Shown here one piece after another: positions 30,534-39,380 of a stretch of DNA of 64,000 nucleotides. Position 1 is the stretch's first letter, and the number at the start of each line of letters is the position of its first letter. The stretch comes from an uncultured Rhodospirillaceae bacterium (lineage in GTDB: Bacteria; Pseudomonadota; Alphaproteobacteria; Rhodospirillales; UBA2165). The stretch is from contig CAJWAR010000014.1 of the NCBI GenBank assembly GCA_913020445.1, positions 6,585 through 70,584 on the forward strand, given 5' to 3'. The notes below the pieces were generated by a model, which saw only the letters and a list, made by a program, of their open reading frames with translations, was not told the DNA's origin and did not search any database. Both the position numbers and the translations under genes were made by a program.

Positions 30534-31391
30534 ATGGCAAAGACAGCCAAAAAGAAGGCGGCTAAGAAAAAATCATCGGGTGGCTTCTTGGACCGCCTTA
30601 AAAAGTCCGTCGTTGGTGACAGCCAGGACGGCATGGGTGGCTTTGTTGACGATGATAGCATCGACCTTGATAGCGGCGTCATCCAAATCGATGATGCACC
30701 CCCGGAAATAACGGTTTCGACAGCAGAAATTTTGCGCGAAAGCACGGAATCTGAAAGCAGTGAAGTGCGCGGCAGTGAGGGCAAAGTTTTTGTCATCGAC
30801 CTGGGCCCGTTCTTTAAAGCGATGGGTACAAAGCCTGGCGGAAAACTCGGCAAAAACTTAATCATGTTTGCGGAAAATTTATTAGCCCGCGCCATCGGCC
30901 GCTCCGGCACCTACACCCTGCATGGCCAAACCCAATTTCTGTTTCGTTTGACAGTCGATGAAGTTGAAGGGTGGAAAATGGCCTCCAAAATTGTCAATGA
31001 GCTGGGCGTTAATTTCCTGCGTGACGGCTTCAATCCCGAAGAAATGCTGCCGGAAGTATTGGCCATGGTTGACGAAGAGGACGCCTTCGACGCCGACGGG
31101 CAGTTGGTTGTCGAAAAAGCCTTAGCCGCTCGCATTCCCTATGAGCCGGAAGAGATTAAAGAAAAAGATGAAAGCGGCCCTGAATGGTATTATGAGGAAG
31201 GCATTGATCCCGATGCGGATAAAGTTCCTGAATGGGATGTTGCTGATGATGGCCATCGCTCTGCCAGTGACCGGGTGGAGCGCGGACCACCGCGACGAAC
31301 AAAGCAATTGAGTGTAGACCCTAAGAAGAATCGCCGAAAAATAAAATATGGCCGGCGCGATTCCGACAATCCCAACGCCTCGGTTTGGTAA
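30534..31391 (+). CDS. Hypothetical protein, paralog A (Lys-rich N-terminus, degenerate GGDEF-like core, Arg-rich conserved C-terminal tail)
   Basis: 285 aa. Collinear with the 37359-38216 product: GMGGF/PxDDD, VFVI/LDLxPFF, FxFRL, EGWxMAxKxVN, FLRD, VERGPxRR, GRRDSDNPNxxVW. Confidence 0.7.
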   Translation: MAKTAKKKAAKKKSSGGFLDRLKKSVVGDSQDGMGGFVDDDSIDLDSGVIQIDDAPPEITVSTAEILRESTESESSEVRGSEGKVFVIDLGPFFKAMGTKPGGKLGKNLIMFAENLLARAIGRSGTYTLHGQTQFLFRLTVDEVEGWKMASKIVNELGVNFLRDGFNPEEMLPEVLAMVDEEDAFDADGQLVVEKALAARIPYEPEEIKEKDESGPEWYYEEGIDPDADKVPEWDVADDGHRSASDRVERGPPRRTKQLSVDPKKNRRKIKYGRRDSDNPNASVW

Positions 31392-31394
31392 AAT

Positions 31395-33038
31395 TTAGCC
31401 GCCTATTACGGCGGTTAAAATCTCCTCAACATTATCCGGCACTTCATTACCCCGCCAGGCAATATGCTGATCCGGCCGAATGAGCAGCAATTTCGCGCCG
31501 TAGAATTCTTCGGCCGCCGCTTCATTCAGTTGGAATATAACCAACGGCACACCCAATTTTTTTGCCGCCTGTTCAAATTCCGGCGTCTGCGGCGCATCCG
31601 GGCCGATCAGCGCGAGATTGAACCACGGGCTCAGTTGGTCATACACCGAGGCTTTTTCACCGATCCAGTAATGCGGCAACCGCCCGCCGGGCGTCGCCGA
31701 GGGAATGTAAGTAGCGGGCTCATCCGGCGGTGGCGGCGTGCCGTCGCTGACAATTAATGGCGAGCCGTCATAACGCGCGCCGAGCACGATGCCGAGACTG
31801 GCAAACTCTTCTTTAAAAGTGGCCAAGTCTTCACGCAAGGCATTGCGAGCGGCTCGCCCACGGGCACTTTCTTCTTCAATAAAATCAGGAAATTTAAGGC
31901 TGCCTATTTTATCCGCATATTGGCCGGAAGTAGCGGTGTTCCTAACACCAACAGGCCGCCGCTCGACCTCATAACTCGCGATTAGATTATCACCGCCCCA
32001 GCCTTCGACCATCGCGGCCAGCTTCCAGCCGATATTGGCGGCGTCATCAATACCGGTGTTAAATCCGAAGCCGCCCGACGGCGTAAACAGGTGGACCGAG
32101 TCACCGGCCAGCATCACACGACCCTTTTGATAGTGATCGGTCACCATGGCGAGACCGGCGACCCACTCCTGCACCGAAATGATCTCGACATCTATGGCGG
32201 CGCCCACCGCAACGCGAAAAATTTCTTCCGCATCAACTTGATCAAACGGCAGATCAGGCGGCACTTCAGAGAGCAGAAGAAATTCATCGTCACCGTTGAG
32301 CGAAATAAAATCCGTGCGGCCTTCCGGATTAATCGTCCAATAGTGCCAGGAATCAGACATATTCCGCACTTCCTTAACCATCGGCGAGCGCACATAAATC
32401 GACGCCATACTGCCATCATAGAAACGATCACCTGTGCTTTGACGACCGGCATATTTAAAGCCCAACTGCCGCCGCACCTTGCCTTGAGCACCATCACAGC
32501 CCGCCATATAGGCGCAAGTTACAGTTTCGGTTTCATCATTTGCCAAATTTACGATCACCGCCTCAACCTGATCGTCTTGGTCTTCAAAGGAGATTAATTT
32601 CCAGCCAAAACGAATGTCAGCCTCGGCAAAACTTTCAGCATGCGTTTTCATCACCGCTTCAAAATACATTTGATTGGAGCGGTGGATCGGCTCAGGTGTG
32701 AGTAAGGTTTCACCCCAGGGTCCTGGATTACTGATTTTCTCCTTGAGGGTCGGCATCGGTATACGGCCAAGCTCGTAGCCCGACATGCGCGATACATAGG
32801 TGCTATCGGTCGGGTAATTTTCCGGCAGGCCGGTTCTGCGGATCGCCGGCGCTGCCCCGTAGCGACGGAGGTGCTCCATCGTCCGGCTATTGATGGTGCT
32901 GCCTTTCGGGTGGGTTGGTGTTTGCTCGCGTTCATTTACCAATAAATGGGAAACCCCGCGGGTCGATAATTCCATTGATAGGCAAAGCCCAACCGGGCCG
33001 CCGCCGACAATTAAAACTGGGATTTCGATTTGGGTCAT
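31395..33038 (-). CDS. FAD-dependent aromatic-ring monooxygenase (PheA/TfdB-like)
   Basis: IPVLIVGGGPVGLCLSMEL (GxGxxG), DG..S motif region, AGDSVHLFTPSGGFGFNTGIDDAANL-like FAD motif. ATG 33038 preferred over 33062; it lies 1 nt after the upstream gene's stop. Confidence 0.85.
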   Translation of the reverse strand: MTQIEIPVLIVGGGPVGLCLSMELSTRGVSHLLVNEREQTPTHPKGSTINSRTMEHLRRYGAAPAIRRTGLPENYPTDSTYVSRMSGYELGRIPMPTLKEKISNPGPWGETLLTPEPIHRSNQMYFEAVMKTHAESFAEADIRFGWKLISFEDQDDQVEAVIVNLANDETETVTCAYMAGCDGAQGKVRRQLGFKYAGRQSTGDRFYDGSMASIYVRSPMVKEVRNMSDSWHYWTINPEGRTDFISLNGDDEFLLLSEVPPDLPFDQVDAEEIFRVAVGAAIDVEIISVQEWVAGLAMVTDHYQKGRVMLAGDSVHLFTPSGGFGFNTGIDDAANIGWKLAAMVEGWGGDNLIASYEVERRPVGVRNTATSGQYADKIGSLKFPDFIEEESARGRAARNALREDLATFKEEFASLGIVLGARYDGSPLIVSDGTPPPPDEPATYIPSATPGGRLPHYWIGEKASVYDQLSPWFNLALIGPDAPQTPEFEQAAKKLGVPLVIFQLNEAAAEEFYGAKLLLIRPDQHIAWRGNEVPDNVEEILTAVIGG

Positions 33039-33039
33039 G

Positions 33040-33717
33040 TTACTCAGCGGCGGATTGATCACGCTGCAATTGGCCGGTCAACCAGGCTTCGACAATGGCT
33101 TCGAGATTTTCGTATGGCTGAAAACCGACGGTCAAATAGGCGTAGCCATTTTCATCATTGACGACGACAGTGGGAAACCCGGACACACCCAAGCGCTGAG
33201 CAAACTGAAAATCCTGCATGGTTTTTTGTTTGAACTCGTCGGTCGGCAGCAATTTGGCAAATTCCGCTTTGTCCAAGCCAAAATCCGCGGCAAGATCAAT
33301 GAGGACATTTTCTTGGGTGACGTCCTGGTTCTCGGCATAAAAGGCGCCTTGCAGATGGGTGAAAAAATTGAGCGCCACCACATTGCCCTGCATTTCCCGC
33401 GCCGTCACAGCAGCCCGGCAGGCCGGTTCGGTATTGTAAACAAAGTCGTCCCGTTCCAGGATATCAAACTTGAAAGGCTGGCTCGAACGTTCGCCAATTT
33501 CGTGCCAATGCTCGTCCAGGAACTTTTTGCGTTGAGCATCCTGCGGCTCGGTCCAGTCGATATGCAGGCCGCCGACGACCAAAGTCGTTACCGCACGGCC
33601 GGCGCATTGTTCTTCCAGCTTACGCTTGGCAGGAGCAAAGCCGTAGCACCAGGAACACATCGGATCACCGACATAAATCAATTCTTTGTTGAGCGTCGTC
33701 ATGGCGCCTTCCTTCAA
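33040..33717 (-). CDS. DsbA-family thioredoxin-fold protein (CxxC)
   Basis: 225 aa. YVGDPMCSWCYGF active-site motif near the N-terminus and GVSGFPTVVV near the C-terminus. Confidence 0.75.
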   Translation of the reverse strand: MKEGAMTTLNKELIYVGDPMCSWCYGFAPAKRKLEEQCAGRAVTTLVVGGLHIDWTEPQDAQRKKFLDEHWHEIGERSSQPFKFDILERDDFVYNTEPACRAAVTAREMQGNVVALNFFTHLQGAFYAENQDVTQENVLIDLAADFGLDKAEFAKLLPTDEFKQKTMQDFQFAQRLGVSGFPTVVVNDENGYAYLTVGFQPYENLEAIVEAWLTGQLQRDQSAAE

Positions 33718-33802
33718 TAAACCAGTTTTCAGACAGCACTATGAAAAAAAACCCGCCTTGTGGCAATGTTCCATTACTGCTTTTACCAAATTTGCGGCGG
33801 AT

Positions 33803-33863
33803 AAAAAAAACCCGTCTCCTGGCATCTACCTCAAATGAGCAAGAGGCGCCGGAAGACGGGTTT
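33803..33863 (-). terminator. Rho-independent terminator candidate after the aceA / small-ORF unit
   Basis: The minus strand reads aacccgtcttcc...(structured loop)...ggagacgggttttttttat, an extended GC stem followed by a T8 run. About 50 nt downstream of the small ORF stop. Confidence 0.5.
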
Positions 33864-33913
33864 GAGATATGGGCAGAACCAACTGCCCCGGGGAAACAAA
33901 ATGCGAATTAGGT

Positions 33914-34177
33914 TTACTTTGAATTACGTTCGATAATCGGCACCATTTGATCACCCCAGCTTCCCGAACCAGCGTGATAACGTGACGCCCGCATCAACTC
34001 GACAGTCAATCCGGAATCCGCCGCTTTAACGATCGCTTCGTTTAAGCGGTGCAAGGAATTGGCCACCATACGCAGCGCACTATCCTGGCCACCGGAAAAA
34101 CTGCTATCCGGATCAGGAGGGGCCGGCTGGAAACCGCTTTGGTTCCCAGTCTCCGTATTTTCAGTTTTTGCAGTCAT
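33914..34177 (-). CDS. Small hypothetical protein (87 aa) co-transcribed with aceA
   Basis: ATG 34177 is preceded by GAAGGAG at 7-nt spacing and lies 24 nt after the aceA stop. It is followed by the terminator candidate. No family recognised. Confidence 0.55.
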   Translation of the reverse strand: MTAKTENTETGNQSGFQPAPPDPDSSFSGGQDSALRMVANSLHRLNEAIVKAADSGLTVELMRASRYHAGSGSWGDQMVPIIERNSK

Positions 34178-34201
34178 AACTCGTCTCCTTCTAAACAGCT
34201 G

Positions 34202-35494
34202 TTAAGCTGCTTCAGAGTTGAACTGGTCGGATTCAGTTGATTCCGACATTGCGGTTGTTGAAGATTCGCCACCCGAGATAGCCACGGCAACAGCATCAAA
34301 GTAGCCGGTACCAACTTCACGCTGATGGCGCGTCGCGGTGTAGCCGTCTTCTTCACTGGCAAATTCAGCTTGTTGCAGTTCCGAATAAGCTGCCATGCCA
34401 CGTTCGCCATAGCCTTTAGCCAATTCGAACATGCCGTGGTTGAGCTGATGGAAACCGGCCAAGGTAACAAACTGGAATTTGTAACCCATGGCACCGAGTT
34501 CCTGTTGGAAATTGGCGATGGTTTCTTTATCCAGATTGGCTTCCCAGTTGAAGCTTGGGCTGCAATTGTAGGCCAGCAATTTACCTGGGAACTCAGCATG
34601 AATCGCGTCGGCAAATTGCTTTGCTTCGTCGAGATTTGGCTTCGATGTTTCCCACCACAGCAAATCAGCATAAGGCGCATAAGCCAATTGACGGGCGATA
34701 CACGCTTCAACACCGGCTTTGATATTGTAGAAGCCTTCAGGCGTGCGTTCTTCGGATTCAATGAAGGGACGATCCCGTTCATCAATGTCACTGGTCAGCA
34801 GTTTGGCGCTTTCCGCATCGGTACGGGCAACGATCAAAGTTGGCACACCCATAACGTCAGCGGCCAAACGAGCGGCTGTCAGATTGCGGATATGCTGAGC
34901 GGTTGGGATTAGAACTTTACCACCAAGATGGCCGCATTTCTTTTCCGACGCCAATTGGTCTTCGAAGTGAACTGCCGCAGCACCTGCTTCGATGAACGCT
35001 TTGGTTAGCTCAAAGGCGTTGAGCGGGCCGCCAAAGCCGGCTTCAGCATCGGCAACGATCGGCGCAAACCAATCACGCTTGGCGCCACCTTCGGAATGCT
35101 CGATCTGATCGGCGCGTTGCAGCGTCCGATTGATACGGCGAACCAGTTCAGGGGCGGCATTGGCCGGGTACAGGCTTTGATCAGGATACATGGCACCGGC
35201 GGTGTTGGCATCGGCGGCAACTTGCCAGCCGGAGAGATAAATGGCTTTCAATCCGGCACGAACCTGCTGCATTGCCTGATTACCGGTCATGGCGCCCAGC
35301 GAATTAATGTAGTCCTCTGTCTGTAATAGCTGCCACAGACGATTGGCGCCTCTTTCGGCCAAAGTTTGAGAAACGACCACCGAGCCTCGCAGCTTTTCGA
35401 CATCTGCCGGCGAATAAGGCCGGTCGATTCCGTCGAACCGGCCCTCAGGTGCTTGCGGGACCAGGTTGCTATAACTTTCTTTAGTGCTGCTCAT
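34202..35494 (-). CDS. aceA: Isocitrate lyase
   Basis: 430 aa. Signature [13 protein letters not shown], plus [12 protein letters not shown] and ARTDAESA. Confidence 0.95.
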   Translation of the reverse strand: MSSTKESYSNLVPQAPEGRFDGIDRPYSPADVEKLRGSVVVSQTLAERGANRLWQLLQTEDYINSLGAMTGNQAMQQVRAGLKAIYLSGWQVAADANTAGAMYPDQSLYPANAAPELVRRINRTLQRADQIEHSEGGAKRDWFAPIVADAEAGFGGPLNAFELTKAFIEAGAAAVHFEDQLASEKKCGHLGGKVLIPTAQHIRNLTAARLAADVMGVPTLIVARTDAESAKLLTSDIDERDRPFIESEERTPEGFYNIKAGVEACIARQLAYAPYADLLWWETSKPNLDEAKQFADAIHAEFPGKLLAYNCSPSFNWEANLDKETIANFQQELGAMGYKFQFVTLAGFHQLNHGMFELAKGYGERGMAAYSELQQAEFASEEDGYTATRHQREVGTGYFDAVAVAISGGESSTTAMSESTESDQFNSEAA

Positions 35495-35635
35495 AACGGT
35501 TTTCCTTTCCTCAAAACCGGGTGTTTGGTAAAAAAGTAGTGATTTACTAATTAACTATCTATTCGATTGGCGCACTTTTTACTAAAATGAACTAAGAGTC
35601 TATAACTTCTTGAAACTAACGGGTATAATTGATAC

Positions 35636-35677
35636 AGTTTTGTGACAATAGTTTTGTCAAATTGTAAAACTTGTAAA
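35636..35677. promoter_or_regulatory. Cluster of TTGT-type repeats and palindromes in the aceA/regulator divergent region (operator candidate)
   Basis: AGTTTTGT at 35636 and 35650 (14-bp phase). TTGTGACAA (35640-35648) and TTTGTCAAA (35653-35661) are odd-centred palindromes. TTGTAAA at 35662 and 35671. TATAAT at 35624-35629. Confidence 0.3.
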
Positions 35678-35705
35678 TATCGAAAAGATTGAGAATCAAC
35701 ACGTT

Positions 35706-37148
35706 ATGGCGATACGGACCCAAAAAGTCTTTGCCGGCACCCGAATTCGAAGGATGCGCCGGGAATTAAACCTGACCCAGATGCAGATGGCCGACGATCT
35801 CGGCATCTCGACCAGCTACCTCAATTTGGTCGAACGCAATCAGCGGCCATTAAGCGCTCAGCTGTTATTGCGCCTGGCGGATGCCTACGACATCAATCTC
35901 AAGGAGCTTTCCGGCGATGATGACAGTCAGGCAGCGGCCTCACTGAAAGAAGTTTTCTCCGATCCCATATTTGAAGGCCTTAAACTGTCGAACCATGAAT
36001 TAACCGATCTAGTCGGCGCCAGCCCGTCAGCAGCGCAATCGGTGGTAACCCTTTACCGCGCGTACCGGGAATCGCTGACCAATAATTCGGCGATGGCCGA
36101 GCAGCTTGCCAGTCATGAAGGTACCGCTCAAACCGGGGCTTTGCGTTTTCCGATCGAAGAAGTGCGTGATTATTTTCACGATACCAACAATCACTTTCCA
36201 GAACTGGAAAACGCAGCGGAAATCTTGTGGGCGGATGCCGAGCTGAATCTCGATGATCTTTATTCAGGGCTCAAGGATCATCTTAAAGCCGCCCATGATA
36301 TTTCGGTCCGGATTATGCCAATCGATGTGTTGCCCGACACGACCTGGCGGCTGGACCGCCATAGCCGCCGGTTATTTTTATCCGAAATCCTGAACGCCCA
36401 ATCCCGCATCTTTCAGCTGGCGCTTCATGCTGGGCTTTTGGGCCACCGCAATCTACTCGATGAAATGGTGGCGCGGACCGATTTACAAGGCGATGAAGCC
36501 AAGCAATTATGCCGGCTTGGTTTGGCAAATTATTTTGCCGGTGCGGTGACCATGCCCTATGAGCGGTTTCAAACCGCGGCCGGTAAATTGCGCTACGACA
36601 TCGGATTGCTCGGCCAACGCTTTAGCGCTAGCTATGAACAAGTCAGCCACCGCCTGACGACACTGCAGCGGCCCGGCGCCAAAGGTGTGCCGTTTTTCTT
36701 TTTGCGCGTCGATCATGCCGGTAATATCTCAAAACGGTTCAGCGCCTCCGGATTTCATTTTGCCCGCTTTGGCGGCACCTGTCCGCGCTGGCACATTCAT
36801 GAAGCCTTCCGCACGCCGGATAAAATTATCCCGCAAGTCGTCGAGATGGAGGACGGTACCAGCTATTTCACCATCTCCCGCACGGTCAGAGGCATGGGTG
36901 TTGGCTACAAAGTACCCGAACAACAGCTTGCCATCGGTATCGGCTGCAAACTCGATTATGCCCGCCAGATTGTCTATTCGGACGGTCTTGATCTCGCGGA
37001 TACCAGTTCAATTACGCCGATCGGGGTAAATTGCCGGCTGTGCATGCGAATGGATTGCAACCAGCGCGCCAACCCGCCCCTCAATCGCCGGGTTGCGGTC
37101 GCTGAGAATCACCGCGGAATGTCGCCGTTTACCTTTGCCGAGCTTTAA
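35706..37148 (+). CDS. XRE-family regulator with an ImmA/IrrE-like peptidase domain and a C-terminal Cys-rich domain (ScfR/RamB-type short-chain acyl-CoA regulator family)
   Basis: 480 aa. HTH LNLTQMQMADDLGISTSYLNLVERNQR. Central domain with AxxxxLLxH-like region. C-terminal GGTCPRW...CRLCMRMDC. Divergent from aceA. Confidence 0.85.
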   Translation: MAIRTQKVFAGTRIRRMRRELNLTQMQMADDLGISTSYLNLVERNQRPLSAQLLLRLADAYDINLKELSGDDDSQAAASLKEVFSDPIFEGLKLSNHELTDLVGASPSAAQSVVTLYRAYRESLTNNSAMAEQLASHEGTAQTGALRFPIEEVRDYFHDTNNHFPELENAAEILWADAELNLDDLYSGLKDHLKAAHDISVRIMPIDVLPDTTWRLDRHSRRLFLSEILNAQSRIFQLALHAGLLGHRNLLDEMVARTDLQGDEAKQLCRLGLANYFAGAVTMPYERFQTAAGKLRYDIGLLGQRFSASYEQVSHRLTTLQRPGAKGVPFFFLRVDHAGNISKRFSASGFHFARFGGTCPRWHIHEAFRTPDKIIPQVVEMEDGTSYFTISRTVRGMGVGYKVPEQQLAIGIGCKLDYARQIVYSDGLDLADTSSITPIGVNCRLCMRMDCNQRANPPLNRRVAVAENHRGMSPFTFAEL

Positions 37149-37192
37149 GCCAGTACCTTACATTTTATCGATTAACGAGACGCTATAAAGTA

Positions 37193-37214
37193 CCCTAGTA
37201 GGAATTCCCTAGTA
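37193..37214. repeat. Tandem CCCTAGTA direct repeat (14-bp phase) upstream of paralog B
   Basis: ccctagta ggaatt ccctagta at 37193-37214. Confidence 0.4.
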
Positions 37215-37358
37215 TTGTTACGGAAAACGCGATTACCGGCAGAATTTCACACTTAAAACTAGTTACAAATACGTATATTTTTTAGTTAGAGTATTTGGTA
37301 CAAATTTCTATGAAAGTGTGACAAATTTTATTATGTTAGAGGTGTTGAGGGACCCGAT

Positions 37359-38216
37359 ATGGCAGACGATAAAGATTTGTCCGGGGATAAAAAGATGAAA
37401 TCTAATTTACTAAAGAAAATAAAAAAATCGATGATCGGCGATATAGATGATGGCATGGGTGGCCCCATCGACGACGACGGCGTTGATCTTGAAAGTGGCA
37501 CCATTGTCGTTGATGACAGCACTGGACCTCAAGAAATTGTTTCGACCGGAGCTATTTTACGGGAAGGCTTTGATCACGAAACCGATATTTTCTTTAAAGG
37601 CTTTACCGGCACTGTTTTTGTTTTAGACCTTAATCCCTTTTTTGACTCGATCGGCACGACCTCGTCTTCACGCATCGGCTCAAGCCTGGTCGAGTTTGCC
37701 ATAAATATATTGGGCCGTCAGTTAGAAGGTGTTGGCGCCTATAAAAATTTCAGAAACGAACAGTTCTTTTTCCGGCTCAACAAAGATGATGCCGAAGGCT
37801 GGGTCATGGCGGCCAAAGCCGTGAATGCCATCGGTGAGCATTTCCTCCGTGATGCTTACGAGCCGGATGACATGATTTCAGAGTTGCTAGCATCTGTTGA
37901 TGTTAATGATCTCAAAGGCGCTGATGGTCATTTTGATGGCGAAACCGCGCTGGAAAATAAGGTTTCCATCACGTCGCTCGAAGACGCCATTAAACATTCT
38001 GTCGAACCGCTGTGGGAAAAACTTAATCATGCCGGCATTAAAGGCGAGAGAAATATGAATTGGGAAACCGAAACCAAGGAAATGCGGAACGCGCTAGATA
38101 AAGTTGAGCGTGGCCCGGAACGGCGCCAGCAGACAATGCAAGCACCGAGCGGTAAGGAACGCCGCAAATTAAAAGGCCGCCGCGATAGCGACAATCCCAA
38201 TAAAACTGTTTGGTAG
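37359..38216 (+). CDS. Hypothetical protein, paralog B of 30534-31391
   Basis: 285 aa, the same length and the same conserved blocks as paralog A. GAGGGA SD upstream of the ATG. Confidence 0.7.
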   Translation: MADDKDLSGDKKMKSNLLKKIKKSMIGDIDDGMGGPIDDDGVDLESGTIVVDDSTGPQEIVSTGAILREGFDHETDIFFKGFTGTVFVLDLNPFFDSIGTTSSSRIGSSLVEFAINILGRQLEGVGAYKNFRNEQFFFRLNKDDAEGWVMAAKAVNAIGEHFLRDAYEPDDMISELLASVDVNDLKGADGHFDGETALENKVSITSLEDAIKHSVEPLWEKLNHAGIKGERNMNWETETKEMRNALDKVERGPERRQQTMQAPSGKERRKLKGRRDSDNPNKTVW

Positions 38217-38236
38217 CTGAGATTAAAATTTAACAA

Positions 38237-38263
38237 GAGGCGCTCCACTGGGCGCCTTTTTTT
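38237..38263 (+). terminator. Rho-independent terminator candidate after paralog B
   Basis: gAGGCGCtccactggGCGCCTttttttat. Overlaps the stop codon of the convergent rlmN. Confidence 0.55.
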
Positions 38264-39380
38264 ATGCCGCCGGTTGTTCGGGCCTTTTCTCAGAATTTTT
38301 TTGGGAATATTTGCGCGCAGCTTGACTGGCTGATTTAAGCTGGCCACAGGCGGCCATAATATCGCGCCCGCGCGGCATGCGGATTGGCGCGCTGAGACCG
38401 CGCTCATTGAGGATTTCCGAGAACTGCTTGATGGTGTGATGGGACGAGCATTCGTATTCAACGCCGGGCCATTTATTAAACGGGATTAGATTGATCTTGG
38501 CTGGAATGTCTTTCAAGAGCCGGGCCAGTTCTTTGGCGTCGGCGGCTGAATCATTAATGCCGTCGAGCATGACATATTCAAAGGTGATCCGCCTTGCATT
38601 ATTGGCGCCGGGATATTTGCGGCAGGCCTCAAGCAATTCCGCGATCGGATATTTTTTATTGATCGGCACTAGGATATCTCTGAGCTCATCCCGGACGGCA
38701 TGGAGCGAGATTGCCAAACCAACCCCCAATTCCTCACCACAGCGCTCAATTAATGGCACAACACCTGAAGTCGACAGCGTAATGCGCCGCCTCGACAGTG
38801 AAATACCCTCCTCATCCAGAATAATTTTGATGGCTTTTGCGACTTCTTCGAAATTATAGAGCGGCTCTCCCATGCCCATCATAACGATATTGGTGAGTTG
38901 CCGGTCATGGCCATTTGACGGCCATTCATTATAAGTGTCTCTCGCCACCATCATCTGGCCGACAATTTCAGCCGCCGTCAGATTACGCACCAGCTTTTGC
39001 GTGCCGGTGTGGCAGAACGAGCAGTTCAACGTACAGCCGACTTGCGATGAAATACACAAGGCACCGCGGCCATCTTCCGGGATAAAAACCGCCTCAACCT
39101 CATTGCCATCCTGGGTCCGCAACAGCCATTTATGGGTGGTGTCTTCGGATAATTGTTCGGTGACTATTTTGGGCTTGAACAACACATAGGTTGCTTTCAG
39201 TTTTTCCCTGAGCGGCTTGCCCAGGGTTGTCATGTTGTCAAAATCAGTTTCACCCTGATGGTAGATCCAGTGCCAGAGCTGCTTGGTGCGAAACGCTTTT
39301 TCACCAATGCTGTCAAGCTCGACTTGTAACTCTTCGCGGCTGAGTCCGATCAGGTTTTTCTTGGCAGATATTTCCGGCAT
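38262..39380 (-). CDS. rlmN: 23S rRNA/tRNA (adenine-C2)-methyltransferase, radical SAM
   Basis: 372 aa. [11 protein letters not shown] radical-SAM cluster motif and MGMGEPL. Confidence 0.95.
   Translation of the reverse strand: MPEISAKKNLIGLSREELQVELDSIGEKAFRTKQLWHWIYHQGETDFDNMTTLGKPLREKLKATYVLFKPKIVTEQLSEDTTHKWLLRTQDGNEVEAVFIPEDGRGALCISSQVGCTLNCSFCHTGTQKLVRNLTAAEIVGQMMVARDTYNEWPSNGHDRQLTNIVMMGMGEPLYNFEEVAKAIKIILDEEGISLSRRRITLSTSGVVPLIERCGEELGVGLAISLHAVRDELRDILVPINKKYPIAELLEACRKYPGANNARRITFEYVMLDGINDSAADAKELARLLKDIPAKINLIPFNKWPGVEYECSSHHTIKQFSEILNERGLSAPIRMPRGRDIMAACGQLKSASQAARKYSQKNSEKRPEQPAA

Noticed and set aside
32890-33720. Long antisense or alternative-frame ORFs. Examples: 32890-33720 (+, 276 aa), 14931-15752 (+, 273 aa), 45172-45942 (+, 256 aa), 25206-25727 (+, 173 aa), 34174-34791 (-, 205 aa), 40828-41382 (-, 184 aa), 22781-23323 (-, 180 aa)
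   Set aside because: Each lies entirely within a confidently identified gene on the other strand or in another frame. They have Arg/Gly/His-rich compositions typical of out-of-frame translation and no motifs or RBS.
37262-37326. Three G-N-N-ACAAAT repeats upstream of paralog B, and the TGTGACAA 8-mer shared with the aceA operator region
   Set aside because: These are short AT-rich words, and an 8-mer shared between two 200-bp spacers is at chance level. Noted, but not supportable as evidence of co-regulation by the RamB-like protein.
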